64,000 nucleotides of DNA from Octopus vulgaris (taxonomy: Eukaryota): positions 23,250,001 to 23,314,000 of the forward strand of contig OX597824.1 in NCBI GenBank assembly GCA_951406725.2, read 5' to 3'. Under the pieces are notes generated by a model. The model was given only the letters and a program-made list of their open reading frames with translations, was not told where the DNA came from and did not search any database. Positions 1-12,625 of the stretch are shown here, piece by piece (position 1 is the stretch's first letter; every line of letters starts with the position of its first letter). The position numbers and the translations under genes were made by a program.

Positions 1-445
1 TAAGGGTACACCAGGCACAAGCGTAACAACCATATGTACGCGACATGGTGACCTTCTATCAAGATAAACAGCGCATGAACTTATAGGTGGAGCCTAATTA
101 GAAATTTTTTATCCAATGGCCTTCTTCTTCAACTTTCTAACACCTTCCTTAGAACCCTTGCAGTTCTCATCAAGGCAGTTTTCTGCAACAGCCCCGTCCT
201 CCTCGTAGTTCCTAGCTTCTCAAGCCATGCATCCAACCTTTTACTAACTGTTCCCAGTGTGCCGACCACAATCGGTGCCATTTCTACGCCCCTTATGCCC
301 CATAGTTGTCTGATTTTCCCTCTGCAACTCCTGATATTTCTCAACCTTCTCATATTCCTTCTCACTCACTCCATGGTCTCAAGGGTCGATGTGAATCAAC
401 TTACCCTTCCCCACAAATTTCAGTCCTTCTGCCTCTGGTAGAAAG
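1..445 (-). mobile_element. 3' fragment of R4/Dong-like non-LTR retrotransposon (REL endonuclease C-terminus plus 3' UTR)
   Basis: Minus-strand peptide IRQLWGIRGVEMAPIVVGTLGTVSKRLDAWLEKLG...LLQKTALMRTARVLRKVLES* (stop 129-131) resembles the R4/Dong ORF C-terminus. 5' side abuts (TAA)n. Positions 1-110 are the reverse complement of 34870-34985. Confidence 0.7.
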
Positions 446-662
446 GATTATTATTATTATTGTTGCCTTTGCACCGTTTCTAACGCTGGACATGTGCTAC
501 AATGTCAACTGTTCACTACTAGTGAACTAAGGTAACACCCCTTATTTTTCGAGCACCTTCCGGAGTATTCGATCGGTTCCAAGCAGTGCTGTTCTCTGCA
601 AGTGCTCCACCCTTATTGCAGCCCCTATTTGTTCCACGTATTTCTCGAGATTTTTGCTCACT
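446..662 (-). mobile_element. Second, heavily 5'-truncated R4/Dong-like 3' end
   Basis: VSKNLEKYVEQIGAAIRVEHLQRTALLGTDRILRKVLEK* (stop 542-544), then a short UTR ending in (TAA)n. (TAA)n lies on both sides. Confidence 0.65.
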
Positions 663-678
663 GTTATTATTATTATTA

Positions 679-737
<59 letters not shown>
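663..737. repeat. (ATT)n microsatellite
   Basis: Directly visible. Confidence 0.95.
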
Positions 738-738
<1 letters not shown>

Positions 739-1331
739 TATGTTTGACTTTTGCTTTATGTCTGTACAAGTTGGCTCCAAGTCTCACCCAGAGACCTCAA
801 GAGACAACAGGTTGGATGTTCTGTGCCATATATTTGGGGGTTTTTTTTTTGGTGTTGTACTAGTGAATGTCTAATACATAAAAATAAGAAAATAAATAAA
901 TAAAAAAATTAATAAATAACTAAATAAAAAAATAAATAAATAAAAATTAAAAAAAAAAAGTTTGTTTTAAACCTTGGGATTACATAGAGAGTATTTTGCG
1001 TAGGATATGAGCAGTTCCCATGAGCACTATCTTTTGAATTTCTGCCATTTTGGGGTTTCCTGGTATCTGAGTTAGGTAGCAATCAGTCCCTTTCGCTATC
1101 ATTCCCAGGGCACCTATGACAACAGGTATTGTTTTAGTCTTCCGCTTCCACATTTTGCTGATTTCTATTTCAAGATCTTTATATTTGCTCAGTTTTTGGT
1201 AGTTCTTGACAGATACGTTTATATCGATTGGGACAATCATATCAATGAGGAGGCATGTTCTTTGTCTGAAGTCTTTCAATATGATGTCTGGCCTATTTGC
1301 ATCAATCTTCCTGTCAGTTTGAATGGTGAAG
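738..1331 (-). mobile_element. Third R4/Dong-like 3' fragment with restriction-like endonuclease motif
   Basis: NFTIQTDRKIDANRPDIIL...LLIDMIVP...QKLSKYKDLEIEISKMWK...IPVVIGALG...QKIVLMGTAHILRKILSM* (stop 980-982) has the RPD..D..K..KY REL signature. It is bounded by (TAA)n/(GAA)n tracts. Confidence 0.8.
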
Positions 1332-1363
1332 TTCTTCTTCTTCTTCTTCTTCTTCTTCTTCTT

Positions 1364-1450
<87 letters not shown>

Positions 1451-1460
1451 GTTATTATTA
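1332..1460. repeat. Compound (TTC)n(TTA)n microsatellite
   Basis: Directly visible. Confidence 0.95.
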
Positions 1461-1662
1461 AGCCGGTGGACTGGCAGAATCGTTTGAACGTCGGACAAAA
1501 TGCTTTCGTCCGTTTTACGTTCTGTATTCAAATTCCGTTGAAGTTAGCTTGGCCCGTCGTCTTTTTGGGACTCGATAAATTAAGTACCAGTTGAGCACTG
1601 GGGCAGATGAAATCGACTAATCCCTCACTTCAAAAATTGCTGGCCTGTTACCAAAATTTCAA
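1461..1662 (+). mobile_element. SINE family B, degenerate copy
   Basis: ctggcagaatcgtt head, ttcaaattcc B-box-like motif, gataaattaagtaccagttgagcactgggg domain, ttgctggcct...ccaaaattt tail. Matches copies at 2975-3190 and 6440-6670. Confidence 0.7.
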
Positions 1663-2974
1663 AGACTTGTATCTAGAACTACATCAACCAACGCAAAAAT
1701 TAATTTGAAAGAGATTTGTCAGCCTTTCCTAACAGATCATGTGACAAGATATGGGGTCTCTCTTTGACTCCTGCTAATCACATGTTTCGACATCCGGTAA
1801 CCGACATTTTAATTTCATAATATGCCACCCGTATCGTTTATAGCTTGGCCGTTTTAGATGAGAAAAGCAAATTTTATAACCCATTCTTATGTAATCACAA
1901 ATTACATAAATAGACTTCTTATGAGTTTCGTAATAAAAAAATCATAAACATTTCGTTTTTAAAAATATTTTTCTTTAAATACCTATTTTTAAAAAGTATT
2001 TAAATAAAAACAACAAAATGGAAATTAAACTGAGCTTCATATAACTTATCTGACGAATCTAAAATCCCTTAAATCGCTTAATCTACGAGACTAATCCCAC
2101 GACGAATAAAATGTCTAGACAAGTTGGCGGTTATTAACAGAAATGTCCTTAACGGTTGCCAATCACACTGCGATAAATTAATCTAGCTCCGCTTTTGTCA
2201 GTTAAATCATTCTTTTTTTTTTAATATGTAAATAAATTTATATAAAAGAAAATAAAAACAGACTAATGCAGAGAATATCAATAAACAAAAATATAGGCAT
2301 GAACAATCAAATATGGTGTATTTTGAATGAGAAACTTAATCCGCATACGATTTTAAAGTGATTGTTGAAGGTCTTTGTCGAATAAGTAGCTTTAGAGTTA
2401 GCTCTCACACTGAGATTTATTTCCATACTTCAGTCCGGGAAAATCGGGACGGTGGCCATTTTGTCATCTTGTTTGCAGACTGGTAAGGGTGGGAATGGAA
2501 TGGATGCGGGGGTTGGGGTTCGATATGTGAACTTTCTCCTGAAAATTCTGTAGAAAAAAAAAAAAAACAGAAAAATAGAAATAGTGTGGTTTGATGGTTG
2601 TATATCTGTCGTGACCTCAGAAAATGTGGGTTCGTGTCCAGCCTGCAGCTTTCAACTTTTTTTTTTTATATTATAAGTGCAAGCATGGTTTGTATGGGTA
2701 AGAAGCTCACTTTGCAACTATGTGGGTTCGGGTTCGGGTTCGGTCCCACTGAACAGCACCTTGGGTTGATTAATGCTTTATGAGTGAATTTCAATGATGG
2801 AATCTGAATGGAACACACAGACACACACACACACGCACACGCACATACACACACATACACACACACACACAAACGGGATTTGAACTCAACGTGAACAGAA
2901 TTCATGTTACGAAGGAGCATTTTGATCGATGCACTAACGATTGTTCGAGCTCGCCGCTTTCATAATGATAATAA

Positions 2975-3190
2975 TGGTTTCAAATTTTGGCACAAGGCCA
3001 GCAAATTTCGGGGAAGGGTCTAGTCGGTTACATTGACTCCAGTACTCAGCTGGTACTTACTTTATCGACCACGAAAAAGGATGACAGGCAAAGTCAACCG
3101 CGGCGGAATTTGAACTCAGTACGTCAAGGCGGACGAAATGCCGCTATGCATTTTGTCCGGCGTGCTAACGATTTTGCCAGCTCACCGCCA
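2975..3190 (-). mobile_element. SINE family B
   Basis: Reverse complement reads ggcggtgagctggcaaaatcgttagcacgccgg...gagttcaaattccgccg...aagtaccag...ggccttgtgccaaaatttgaaacc. Confidence 0.8.
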
Positions 3191-3254
3191 TAATAATAAT
3201 AATAATCCCTTCCATTATATGCACAGGGCCTGAAATTTGTAGAGAGTAGGGTAT

Positions 3255-3648
3255 TCTTTTATTCTTTTACTTGTTTCAATCATTTGATTGCGGCCATGCA
3301 GGAGCACCGCCTTTAGTTTAATCAAATCGACCCCAGGACTTATTCTTTGAAAGCCCAGTACTTATTCTATCGGTCTTTTGCCGAACCGCTAAGTTACGGG
3401 GACATAAACACACCAGCAGCGGTTGACAAGCGATGTTGGGGGGACAAAAACACACACATAAATACACACACATATACATATACATATATACGACGGGCTT
3501 CTTCCAGTTATCGTCTACCAAATCCACTCACAAGGCTTTGGTCGGCCCGAGGCTATAGTAGAAGACATTTGCCCAAGGTGCCACGCAGTGAGACTGAACC
3601 CGGAACTATGTGGTTGGTAAGCAAGCTACTTAGCACTCAGCCACTCCG
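3255..3648 (-). mobile_element. SINE family A (tRNA-derived head, central TA/CA tract, CR1/L2-type tail)
   Basis: Head gagtggctg...ggttcagtc(c/t)cactgcgtggcaccttgggcaa. Tail ggcggtgctc...atggccgca...aaatga.tgaaacaagtaaaaga. More than 10 similar copies occur in the window. Confidence 0.9.
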
Positions 3649-3832
3649 TCATTCCATTAATACAAACCCTTCTCCTTTTCCCTATTTTTCCCTATTCATC
3701 TCTGAAATATCCCAGAAACAGCTGTAAGACTTTGAACTTTTTCCAATAATAATAGTGATGTGTATGACTCGAGATGTTTGCCTCTTGTTGTCCTCTTTAA
3801 CAATTATATATGTATGCATGTATGTATATATG

Positions 3833-4005
<173 letters not shown>

Positions 4006-4159
4006 GTGTGTGTATTATGACTGAAACAAGTAAAAGATATTAACGACAGGAATAACAACAACAACAAGAATTAGGGCAGCGCCGAGTAATGACGTAATAG
4101 GCCTTATATCTTCATTATGAAAGCCTTGATTAAATTTAATCCCAATATTAATTCGTGAT

Positions 4160-4730
4160 AATGATGGTTGTGGTTGTTGTGGTGGTGGTGATGGTGGTGG
4201 TTGTGGTGGTGGTAGTGAGTGTGGTGGTTTAGTTCACAGATGGTGGTGGTTGTTGTTGTTGTGTTGGTGATTGTGGTAGCGGTGGTGGTGGTGATGGTGG
4301 TGGTTGTTTGTTGTTGTGTTGGTGATGGTGGTAGCGGTGGTGGTGGTGATGGTGGTAGTGGGGGTTGTTGTTGTGGTGGTGGTGGTGATTGTCGTAGCGG
4401 TGGTTGTTATGTTGGTGGTGATGTTGGTTGTTGTTGTTGTTGTTGTTGCGGTGGTGGCAGTTGTGCTAGTTGTGGTGGTAATGGTTGTGGATGTAGTGGT
4501 AGTGGTGGTGGTGGTGGTTGTAGTGGTGATAGTTGTGGTTTTGGTGGTAGTGGTTGAAGATGTGGTAGTAGTGGTGGGTATTGCTATTGTGGTGGTGGTG
4601 GTGGTGGTGGTGGTGATGGTTGTGCAGAAAATAGGAGAATGACGTGAGGGTGAGGATGAGGGCGTCGATGGCTGCGTTGCATGAGGCTGACAGTGGTCGT
4701 CGTAGCCAGACGAAGATGATGATGGCTGTG

Positions 4731-4762
<32 letters not shown>

Positions 4763-5345
4763 GATGATGATGATGACGACGACGACGACGATGATGATGA
4801 TGATGACGACGACGACGATGGTGGTGGTGGTGATATGATGATGATGACGAAGATGATGCCGACGATGACGACAATGGTGATGGTGGTGGTTGTGGTGAGG
4901 GGTGATGGCGATAATGATAATGATAATGATGATGACGATGAAGGTGGTGATAGTACTAGTGGTGGTGATGATGACAATGATGGTGGTGGTGTTGGTGGTA
5001 GTGTTGGTAGTGGTGGTGGTGATGCTGACGATGATGGGTAATGACGATGACGACAATGATGATGTCGATGATGGTGGTGATAATGGTAGTCGTGGTGGGT
5101 GATGACGACGACGACGACCGCGACGACGATGATGATGATTAAGACGATGATTATGAATGACTACGACGATGATGATGATGAAAATGAACAGAGTAGGGGA
5201 AAACAGCCCCGCTTAGATCACCTACATCACCGCCATCATGAAAATCCTCATTACCTCCACCACCACCACCACCACCACCGCCGCCGCCGCGCCGCTACCG
5301 CTACCATCGCCACCACCACCACCGACAAAGACAACAGCGCCATCA
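4160..5345. repeat. Degenerate triplet low-complexity tract (GGT/GTT/GAT/GAC/CAC)
   Basis: Directly visible; it is the source of many spurious ORFs. Confidence 0.9.
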
Positions 5346-5649
5346 ACACCTATAAAAAAAATAAGACAGAAACAATAAAAATCACACGGAAAAACAACAT
5401 AAATAACAGCCATAAAACTACAACAACAACTCTATACAAAACCGATAATCCAATAATCTGTTTATTCCGTTATTCTTCCTGTCCCTTAATCCTATTTTTC
5501 AACATATCAAATCTCTCGCTAGATAAATTCTATATTTTAATAATCACTCCGCCATCTTTGTTTTACGATTTTTTTTGGTTGAAATAATTATATTTTCCAG
5601 CCATTTTCATATTATTAGGCTATTGCTGCAGCAAACGTTCGTTGCAATT

Positions 5650-6137
5650 TTTGTTGTTGTTGCTGTGGTGGTTGTTGTTTCTTCTTCTTCTTCTTCTTCT
5701 TCTTCTTCTTCTTCTTCTTCTTCTTCTTTTTCTTCTTCTTCTTCTTCTTTTTCTTCTTCTTCTTCTTCTTCTTCTTCTTCGTCTTCTTCTTCGTCTTCTT
5801 CTTCTTCTTCTTCTTCTTCTTCTTCTTCTTCTTCTTCTTCTTCTTCTTCCTCTCCTCCGCCTTCTCCTCCTCCTCCTCCTCCTCCTCCTCCTCCTTCTTC
5901 TTCTTCTTCTTCTTCTTCTCCTCCTCCTTCTCCTCCTTCTTCTTCTTCTTTTGCTGTTATGGTTGTTGTTTGTTGTTATGGTTGTTGTTGCTGTTACATA
6001 ATATTTTCAAATATTGTTGTTAACGTGCTTGTTTTATAATAATGAATTTATTCCCCCCACGTGTGTTAGAAATTCTTCTTCTTCTTCTTCTTTCTTCTTC
6101 TTCTTTCTTCTTCTTCTTCTTCTTCTTCTTCTTTTTC

Positions 6138-6186
<49 letters not shown>

Positions 6187-6188
6187 CA

Positions 6189-6240
<52 letters not shown>

Positions 6241-6353
6241 CATCATTATTATTTTCATTATTATTATAATTATTATTATAATTATTATTATTATTATTAT
6301 TATTATTATTTATTATTATTATTATCATTATTATTTTCATTATTATTATCATA

Positions 6354-6432
<79 letters not shown>
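5650..6432. repeat. Compound (TTC)n/(CCT)n/(TTA)n/(TAG)n microsatellite block
   Basis: Directly visible. Confidence 0.95.
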
Positions 6433-6439
6433 AGCTGGC

Positions 6440-6671
6440 AAGCTGGCAAGCTGGCCGCATTGTTAAAACGCCAGGCAAAATGCACAGCAGCATTCCGTTC
6501 GTCTTTACGTTCAGAGTTCAAATAACGCCGAGGTCGACTTTACCTTTCATCATTTCGAAGTCGATAGAAATAAGTACCAGTCAAACACTGGGGTCGATGT
6601 AAACGAATATATCTCCTCCCCACTCCCCGCGCCACTCAAATTGCTGGCCTGGTGCCAAAATTTGAAACCAA
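6440..6671 (+). mobile_element. SINE family B
   Basis: ttacgttcagagttcaaat..cgccgaggtcgactt..ctttcat...aataagtaccagt...ctggggtcgat...ggcctggtgccaaaatttgaaacc. Confidence 0.8.
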
Positions 6672-6789
6672 TATTTTGTACTGCTATTCTCCTGTTTTTT
6701 TTTTTTAATTGTTAGTTGTTATGCAAATTGAATCGCTGTTCAAACTCACCGTAGTGTAGCAGTAATTCTTGCTGCTGTTGCTGCTGCTG

Positions 6790-7166
6790 CAGTTGCTGTT
6801 GAGCGAACGGTCTTCGTCCCAGAGCTTGCAAGATGGGAAAAGTCCAAAACGTGGTCCTTTGCTATTCGTAAGACCCACAGAAGAGAAAGCAGGTCAAGCC
6901 CTGACACCGAGAGCATCGACGGATGGATGAATGCGCATCCAGGCTCAGCGGTTGCGCAGGAAGTCGGGGGACAAGAAACAGGAAGAAAGAGTGAGAGAAA
7001 TTTGGGGCGAAAGAGTACAACAGGGGTCGCCCCGCCCCCTGCCGGAGCCTCGTGGAGCTTTAGGTGTTTTCGCTCAATAAACACACACAACGCCCGGTCA
7101 GGAAATCGAAACCGCGATCCTCCGACTGCGAGTTCGCTGCCCTAACCACTGGGCCATTGCGCCTCC
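6790..7166 (-). mobile_element. SINE family C (tRNA-derived head), tail variant 1 ending in accgttcgct(caa)n-like repeats
   Basis: Reverse complement starts ggaggcgcaatggcccagtggttagggcagcgaactcgc...ggtttcgattt.ctgaccgggcg, the same head and body as 10650-11034, with a different 3' half. Confidence 0.85.
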
Positions 7167-7577
7167 TTGCTGTTGCTGCTGTTGTTGTTGTTGACGTTGC
7201 TGTTGATGATAATGATGTAGAAGCTGCTTTTCTTGTTGTTGTTGTTGTCAGGTATTTGTGGTCCACTTGCCACGATAATCCCAAGATGGGATTTCGGTGG
7301 ATGACGACTGAATTGAGGGATTAATATATTTCGCGGATTTGGGATGAGGGCGGGGGGACTGAGTAGATGCGGAGGTGTATGTGTGTGTGTGTGTGAGGGG
7401 GAGAGAGACGGGCGTATCTTTTTGACAAATGGATAAATATAAAGAAAGAAGGAAAGAAAGATGGAGAGAAAGGATAGAAGGAAGGAAGGAAGGAAGGATG
7501 TCAATTAGGCACACATGACAATTAGTATTTGATTGGTTGGTTGAACATAATACCCTACTTAGAAGCGGTCGGATCTG

Positions 7578-7785
7578 ATTATTATGATGGTGACGATTAC
7601 GACAATTATGATGGTGATAATGATGATGATGATGCTGAGGATGATGATGATGATGATTATAGTGAGGATTATTATGGTGATGGTGACGATGATGATGATG
7701 ATGATGATGCGATGGTGATGCTGTTGATGATGATGGTGATGATGATGATGATGATTATAGTGAGGATTATTATGGTGATGGTGAC

Positions 7786-7822
<37 letters not shown>

Positions 7823-8710
7823 GCGATGGTGATGGTGACAATGATGATGATGATGATGATGGCGATGATGATGATGATGGCGATGGTGATGATGATGATG
7901 ATGATGATGATGGCGATGGTGATGCTGTTGATGATGATGGTGATGGTGATGATGATGATGACGGTGGCGATGCCGATAATGATGAGGACTATGCCGATGA
8001 CGACGACGACGACGACGTCTATGACGAAGATGATGATAATGGGGAGGAGAAAGAGGAGGAGGAGAAAGGATGGACGGAGAAAGAGGAGAAGGAGGCCAAG
8101 AGGGAGGAGAATGATGATGATGATGATCATGATCATGATGATCATGATGATCATGACGACGGCGAAGACTATGACTAGGATGAGAATGTTAATGTTAAGA
8201 AGGAGGGGAGGGCGGAGGGGGATTATAATGGTGACGACCCTGACGACGAAGATGGCAGCAACATCAACGACGAAGAACATGAGGATGATGATGATGATGA
8301 CTATCGTGATGATGCTGATTGTGCTTATGACAACGATGAAGAGGAGGACGACGCTCAAAGATAACGAGAATGACGACGAGAAGAATGAAAGCGATGACAC
8401 TGACATCCGACGAGGAGGAGGGAAGGAGGAAGAGGATGATGATGATGATGGTGGTGATGGTGGTGATGGTGGTGATGATGGTGACAACGATGATAGTGGT
8501 GAGGGAACGATGATGATGACGACGACAACGACGACAACGACGATGATGATTATGATGGTGATGGTGGTCGTGATTGTTGATGATGAGGAGGAGGAGGAGA
8601 AAGGGGAAGCGGATGAAGGTGGTGGTGGTGACGATGATGATAACGGTGACGATGTTGGGAAAAGGACGACGACCACCACAACGATGATGACGATGATGAT
8701 GATGATGTTT
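7578..8710. repeat. (GAT/GAC/GAG)n low-complexity tract
   Basis: Directly visible; it explains the 422-aa and 348-aa pseudo-ORFs. Confidence 0.9.
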
Positions 8711-8734
8711 GACCACAATACTCTTTACTCTTTT

Positions 8735-8951
8735 TTCTTTTACTCTTTTACTTGTTTCAGTCATTTGACTGCGGCCATGCTGGAGCACCGCCTTTAGTCG
8801 AGCAACTCGACCCCAGGACTTATTCTTTTGTAAGCCCAGTACTTATTCTATCGGTCTCTTTTGCCGAACCGCTAAGTAACGGGGACATAAACACACCAGC
8901 ATCGGTTGTCAAGCAATGCTAGGGGGACAAACAGACACACAAACAGACACA

Positions 8952-9019
<68 letters not shown>

Positions 9020-10376
9020 ATAGAAGTCTGAAGGATAGAAGTCAGGTGGTAGTAGCCAACGGGGCCACCTCCATTAGCACACAAATAGTGAGCGGTGTTC
9101 CGCAGGGCACTGTTCTGGGACCACTACTGTTCATAATGGCCCTCTCAGACATGCCCTCAGCCACGCAGAGAGCCACGATCACAAGTTATGCAGATGATAC
9201 AAAAGTCTCACAGGCAATACAGAACCCTGAGGACACTAAACACCTGCAATGTAAGCTGGACGAAATATACAAGTGGGCTGAAAAGAATAGCATGCAGTTC
9301 AATGCTGGAAAGTTTCAAGCTTTATACTATCAGCATGCAAAACTGAATGCAATACCCAATGAATACACTGGACCCGGAGGGATTGCAATCCCAGAGGCAC
9401 AATCAGTGCGTGACCTGGGTATTCACATGAGTGATGACGCGACCTTTCATGTACATGTTGCTAAACTGACAATGAAATGTAGACGGCTGGCTGGATGGAT
9501 TCTTAGAACCTTTAGAACAAGAGAACAAGAAACCATGATGGTCCTCTGGAAGACACTTGTCCTAAGCCACTTTGACTATTGCTCTCAGCTATGGTCACCA
9601 TCCAGTGTCAAGTTGATCACAGAACTTGAGGCGATCCAACGAAGCTACACAAAGAAGATAGCCTCTATGCAGAATGTAAGCTACTGGGAAAGACTCAAGA
9701 GATTAAAATTATATTCCCTGGAGCGTAGGCGGGAAAGATATGCCATAATATACATCTGGAAGATCCTGGAGGGAAGTGTCCTGAACTTTGGCATCGAGAG
9801 TTACGCAAATGCCAGAACTGGGCGCCACTGCGTGGTGCCTAGGACTCCAAATCTGCCATCAAGATGTAGGACAAGATTCTGTGATAGCCTGGGCTTCCGA
9901 GGCCCACAGCTCTTCAATATCCTCCCGAAGAACCTGAGAGACCTGCATGGGGTGGATACAGATGTCTTTAAAATGAAGCTGGATCTCTTCCTGTCAGGTG
10001 TCCCAGATGAACCAACTTCACGGCAGGAGGGGCAGATGAGGGCAGCTGCATCGAACTCTCTCATGCACCAAATAGCAGTTGCTAGAAAGCCTCCATGAAG
10101 TGAAACCAAGTAGCAACACCAAATGGCGGTGCCCCAGCATGGCCACAGCTCATAAGCTGAAACTAGAATCAATCAATCAATCAATCATATATATATATAT
10201 ACATATATATACATATATACGACGGGCTTCTTTCAGTTTCCATCTACCAAATCCACTCACAAGGCTTTGGTCGGCCCGAGGCTATAGTAGAAAACACTTG
10301 CCCAAGGTGCCACGCAGTGGGACTGAACCCGGAACCATGTGGTTGGTAAGCAAGCTACTTACCACACAGCCACTCC
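8735..10376 (-). mobile_element. SINE family A split by a LINE inserted in its central (TA)n tract
   Basis: 3' half at 8735-8955 and 5' half at ~10190-10376 are colinear with intact copies such as 16158-16565. Confidence 0.85.
9017..10186 (+). mobile_element. 5'-truncated CR1/L2-group LINE (RT domain C-terminal half, 3' UTR, (AATC)n tail)
   Basis: Open ORF 9046-10098 with SGVPQGTVLGPLLF, YADDTK, DLGI, SHFDYCSQLWSP, LYSLERRRER and FKMKLDLFL motifs, ending in aatcaatcaatcaatc. No stop or frameshift in the retained part. Confidence 0.92.
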
Positions 10377-10649
10377 TGATGATAATATTAAAGGGGAGCC
10401 GGTACCATGGAGGCTGTCGTTGTTTGTTATAGCGTAGCCGCATGTCAGCTTTGACCAAAAGTCATGATAGGCCGAACGACAGATTGTTTCCTTTTACTAG
10501 AAAATGCCATACATTCACCGATCTGGAATGAAGATATCACTGCACGCTGCCACCAGTAGTAATAAAACGTATGGCGTGCAACGTGTCAGTCTGGACATAT
10601 TGCACAAATTCTCTACCCTTGCGGCTGTGTGGTAAGTAGTCACAACACA

Positions 10650-11034
10650 GTGGAGGCGCAATGGCCCAGTGGTTAGGGCAGCGGACTCGCGGTCGTAGGA
10701 TCGCGGTTTCGATTCCCAGTCCGGGCGTTGTGAGTGTTTATTGAGCGAAAACACCTAAAGCTCCACGAGGCTCCGGCAGGGGATGGTGGTGATCCCTGCT
10801 GTACTCTTTCACCACAACTTTCTCTCACTCTTACTTCCTGTTTCTGTTGTACCTGTATTTCAAAGGGCCGGCCTTGTCACTCTCTGTGTCACGCTGAATA
10901 TCCCCGAGAACTACGTTAAGGGTACACGTGTCTGTGGAGTGCTCAGCCACTTACACGTTAATTTCACGAGCAGGCTGTTCCGTTGATTAGGATCAACCGG
11001 AACCCTCGTCGTCGTAACCGACGGAGTGCTTCCA
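10650..11034 (+). mobile_element. SINE family C, full length, 12-bp TSD
   Basis: A box tggcccagtgg and B box ggtttcgattccc. TSD agtcacaacaca at 10638-10649 and 11035-11046. Confidence 0.93.
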
Positions 11035-11140
11035 AGTCACAACACACAAACCAATCAAGATACAGCGCTTGAAAACAGAAAAATGTCTATAATGAAAATT
11101 TATACCATAATGATTCGTTTCAAGAAGTTATTGTACATTG

Positions 11141-11320
11141 TAAATATTTCGTGTGTCTTCCCTTAGCTTGAATAATTGCTTCAATGCACCTGGGAAGAGA
11201 TGCGCACAAATCTTTCACCATATTCACAGGTATGAGATGCCATTCTCTGTGGCTGAGCTCCTATAACTCTTCAAGATTGCGTGGATTCTTCTCTTTAGTT
11301 CTATCCACATTTGCTCGATA
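11141..11320 (-). mobile_element. Tc1/mariner transposase C-terminal relic
   Basis: My translation IEQMWIELKR/KNPRNLEEL*ELSHREWHLIPVNMVKDLCASLPRCIEAIIQAKGRHTKY matches the Tc1 C-terminal pattern (IENLW..LK...N..EL...W..IP...S.P.R..AVI.A.G..TKY). Contains one stop and one frameshift. Confidence 0.75.
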
Positions 11321-11532
11321 TATATATATATATATATAAATTTTCAGAATGAGATTTTTATCTCATTCTGAAAAAAAATTTTTTTTTATATATACACATG
11401 CTGATATGACCTACGTTGGACTCCTCATTCGCATAATCACTGAACCTGGAGCTTAACTATAGTCTGTCCATAGCACCTACTCAGCACTACCTGACACCTT
11501 TGAGCCTTATTGACACCATTGCCTCTCATAAC

Positions 11533-11895
<363 letters not shown>

Positions 11896-12238
11896 CATGT
11901 ATGTAAGGGTGTATATATGTTTGTTCTTGTCCTCCACGTTTTATTGCTTGTACTAATTTATTTACAGCCCGGCGACCCTATGAGTTAGCGGTGCGACAAA
12001 GAGAGAATTGTAGCATTAAAATACGTACTGCAATCGTTTTGTTCGACCAAATGCTACTAAGCGGTACCAATGGCCTGGACGCTGACCAATGACAGAGAGA
12101 AGAAAAATGAAATAATTCACACGGAAGTATAGGGAACGTGAGCCGAATACCGTAACAACTAAACCACGCGCCTTCATAATTTGAATGGATAGAAATGGTA
12201 AGAATACGTGAATATTCGAAGACCTTGTATGTAAAAGT

Positions 12239-12625
12239 GTGGAGGCGCAATGGCCCAATGGTTAGGGCAGCGGACTCGCGGTCATAGGATCGCGGTTTCG
12301 ATTCCCAGACAGGGCATTGTGAGTGTTTATTGAGCGAAAACACCTAAAGCTCCACGAGGCTCCGGCAGGGGATGGTGGTGATCCCTGCTGTACTCTTTCA
12401 CCACAACTTTCTCTCACTCTTACTTCCTGTTTCTGTCGTACCTGTATTTCAAAGGGCCGGCCTTGTCTCTCTCTGTGTCACGCTGAATATCCCCGAAAAC
12501 TACGTTAAGGGTACACGTGTCTATGGAGTGCTCAGCCACTTACACGTTAATTTCACGAGCAGGCTGTTCCGTTGATTCGGATCAACTGGAACCCTCGTCG
12601 TCGTAACCGACGGAGTGCTTCTAAA
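12239..12625 (+). mobile_element. SINE family C, full length, 10-bp TSD
   Basis: Near-identical to 10650-11034. TSD atgtaaaagt at 12229-12238 and 12626-12635. Confidence 0.93.

Noticed and set aside
2050-2110. CTGACGA hammerhead-like core
   Set aside because: No stem II or downstream GAAA...UH at suitable spacing.
4219-5587. Long His/Ser/Thr/Val-rich ORFs with small unique islands (e.g. GYDDHCQPHATQPSTP, ENEQSRGKQPRLDH)
   Set aside because: Open in several frames on both strands because of triplet repeats; no recognisable domain or convincing splice structure. A low-complexity exon cannot be fully excluded.
7529-8797. 422-aa Met/Asp-rich ORF, superficially reminiscent of Met-rich cephalopod reflectins
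   Set aside because: Pure (GAT)n translation without reflectin repeat motifs or Tyr/Arg/Trp content; it ends inside a SINE tail.
10650-10728. tRNA-like sequence with A and B boxes
   Set aside because: It is the head of a TSD-flanked multi-copy SINE; no proper acceptor stem or terminator.
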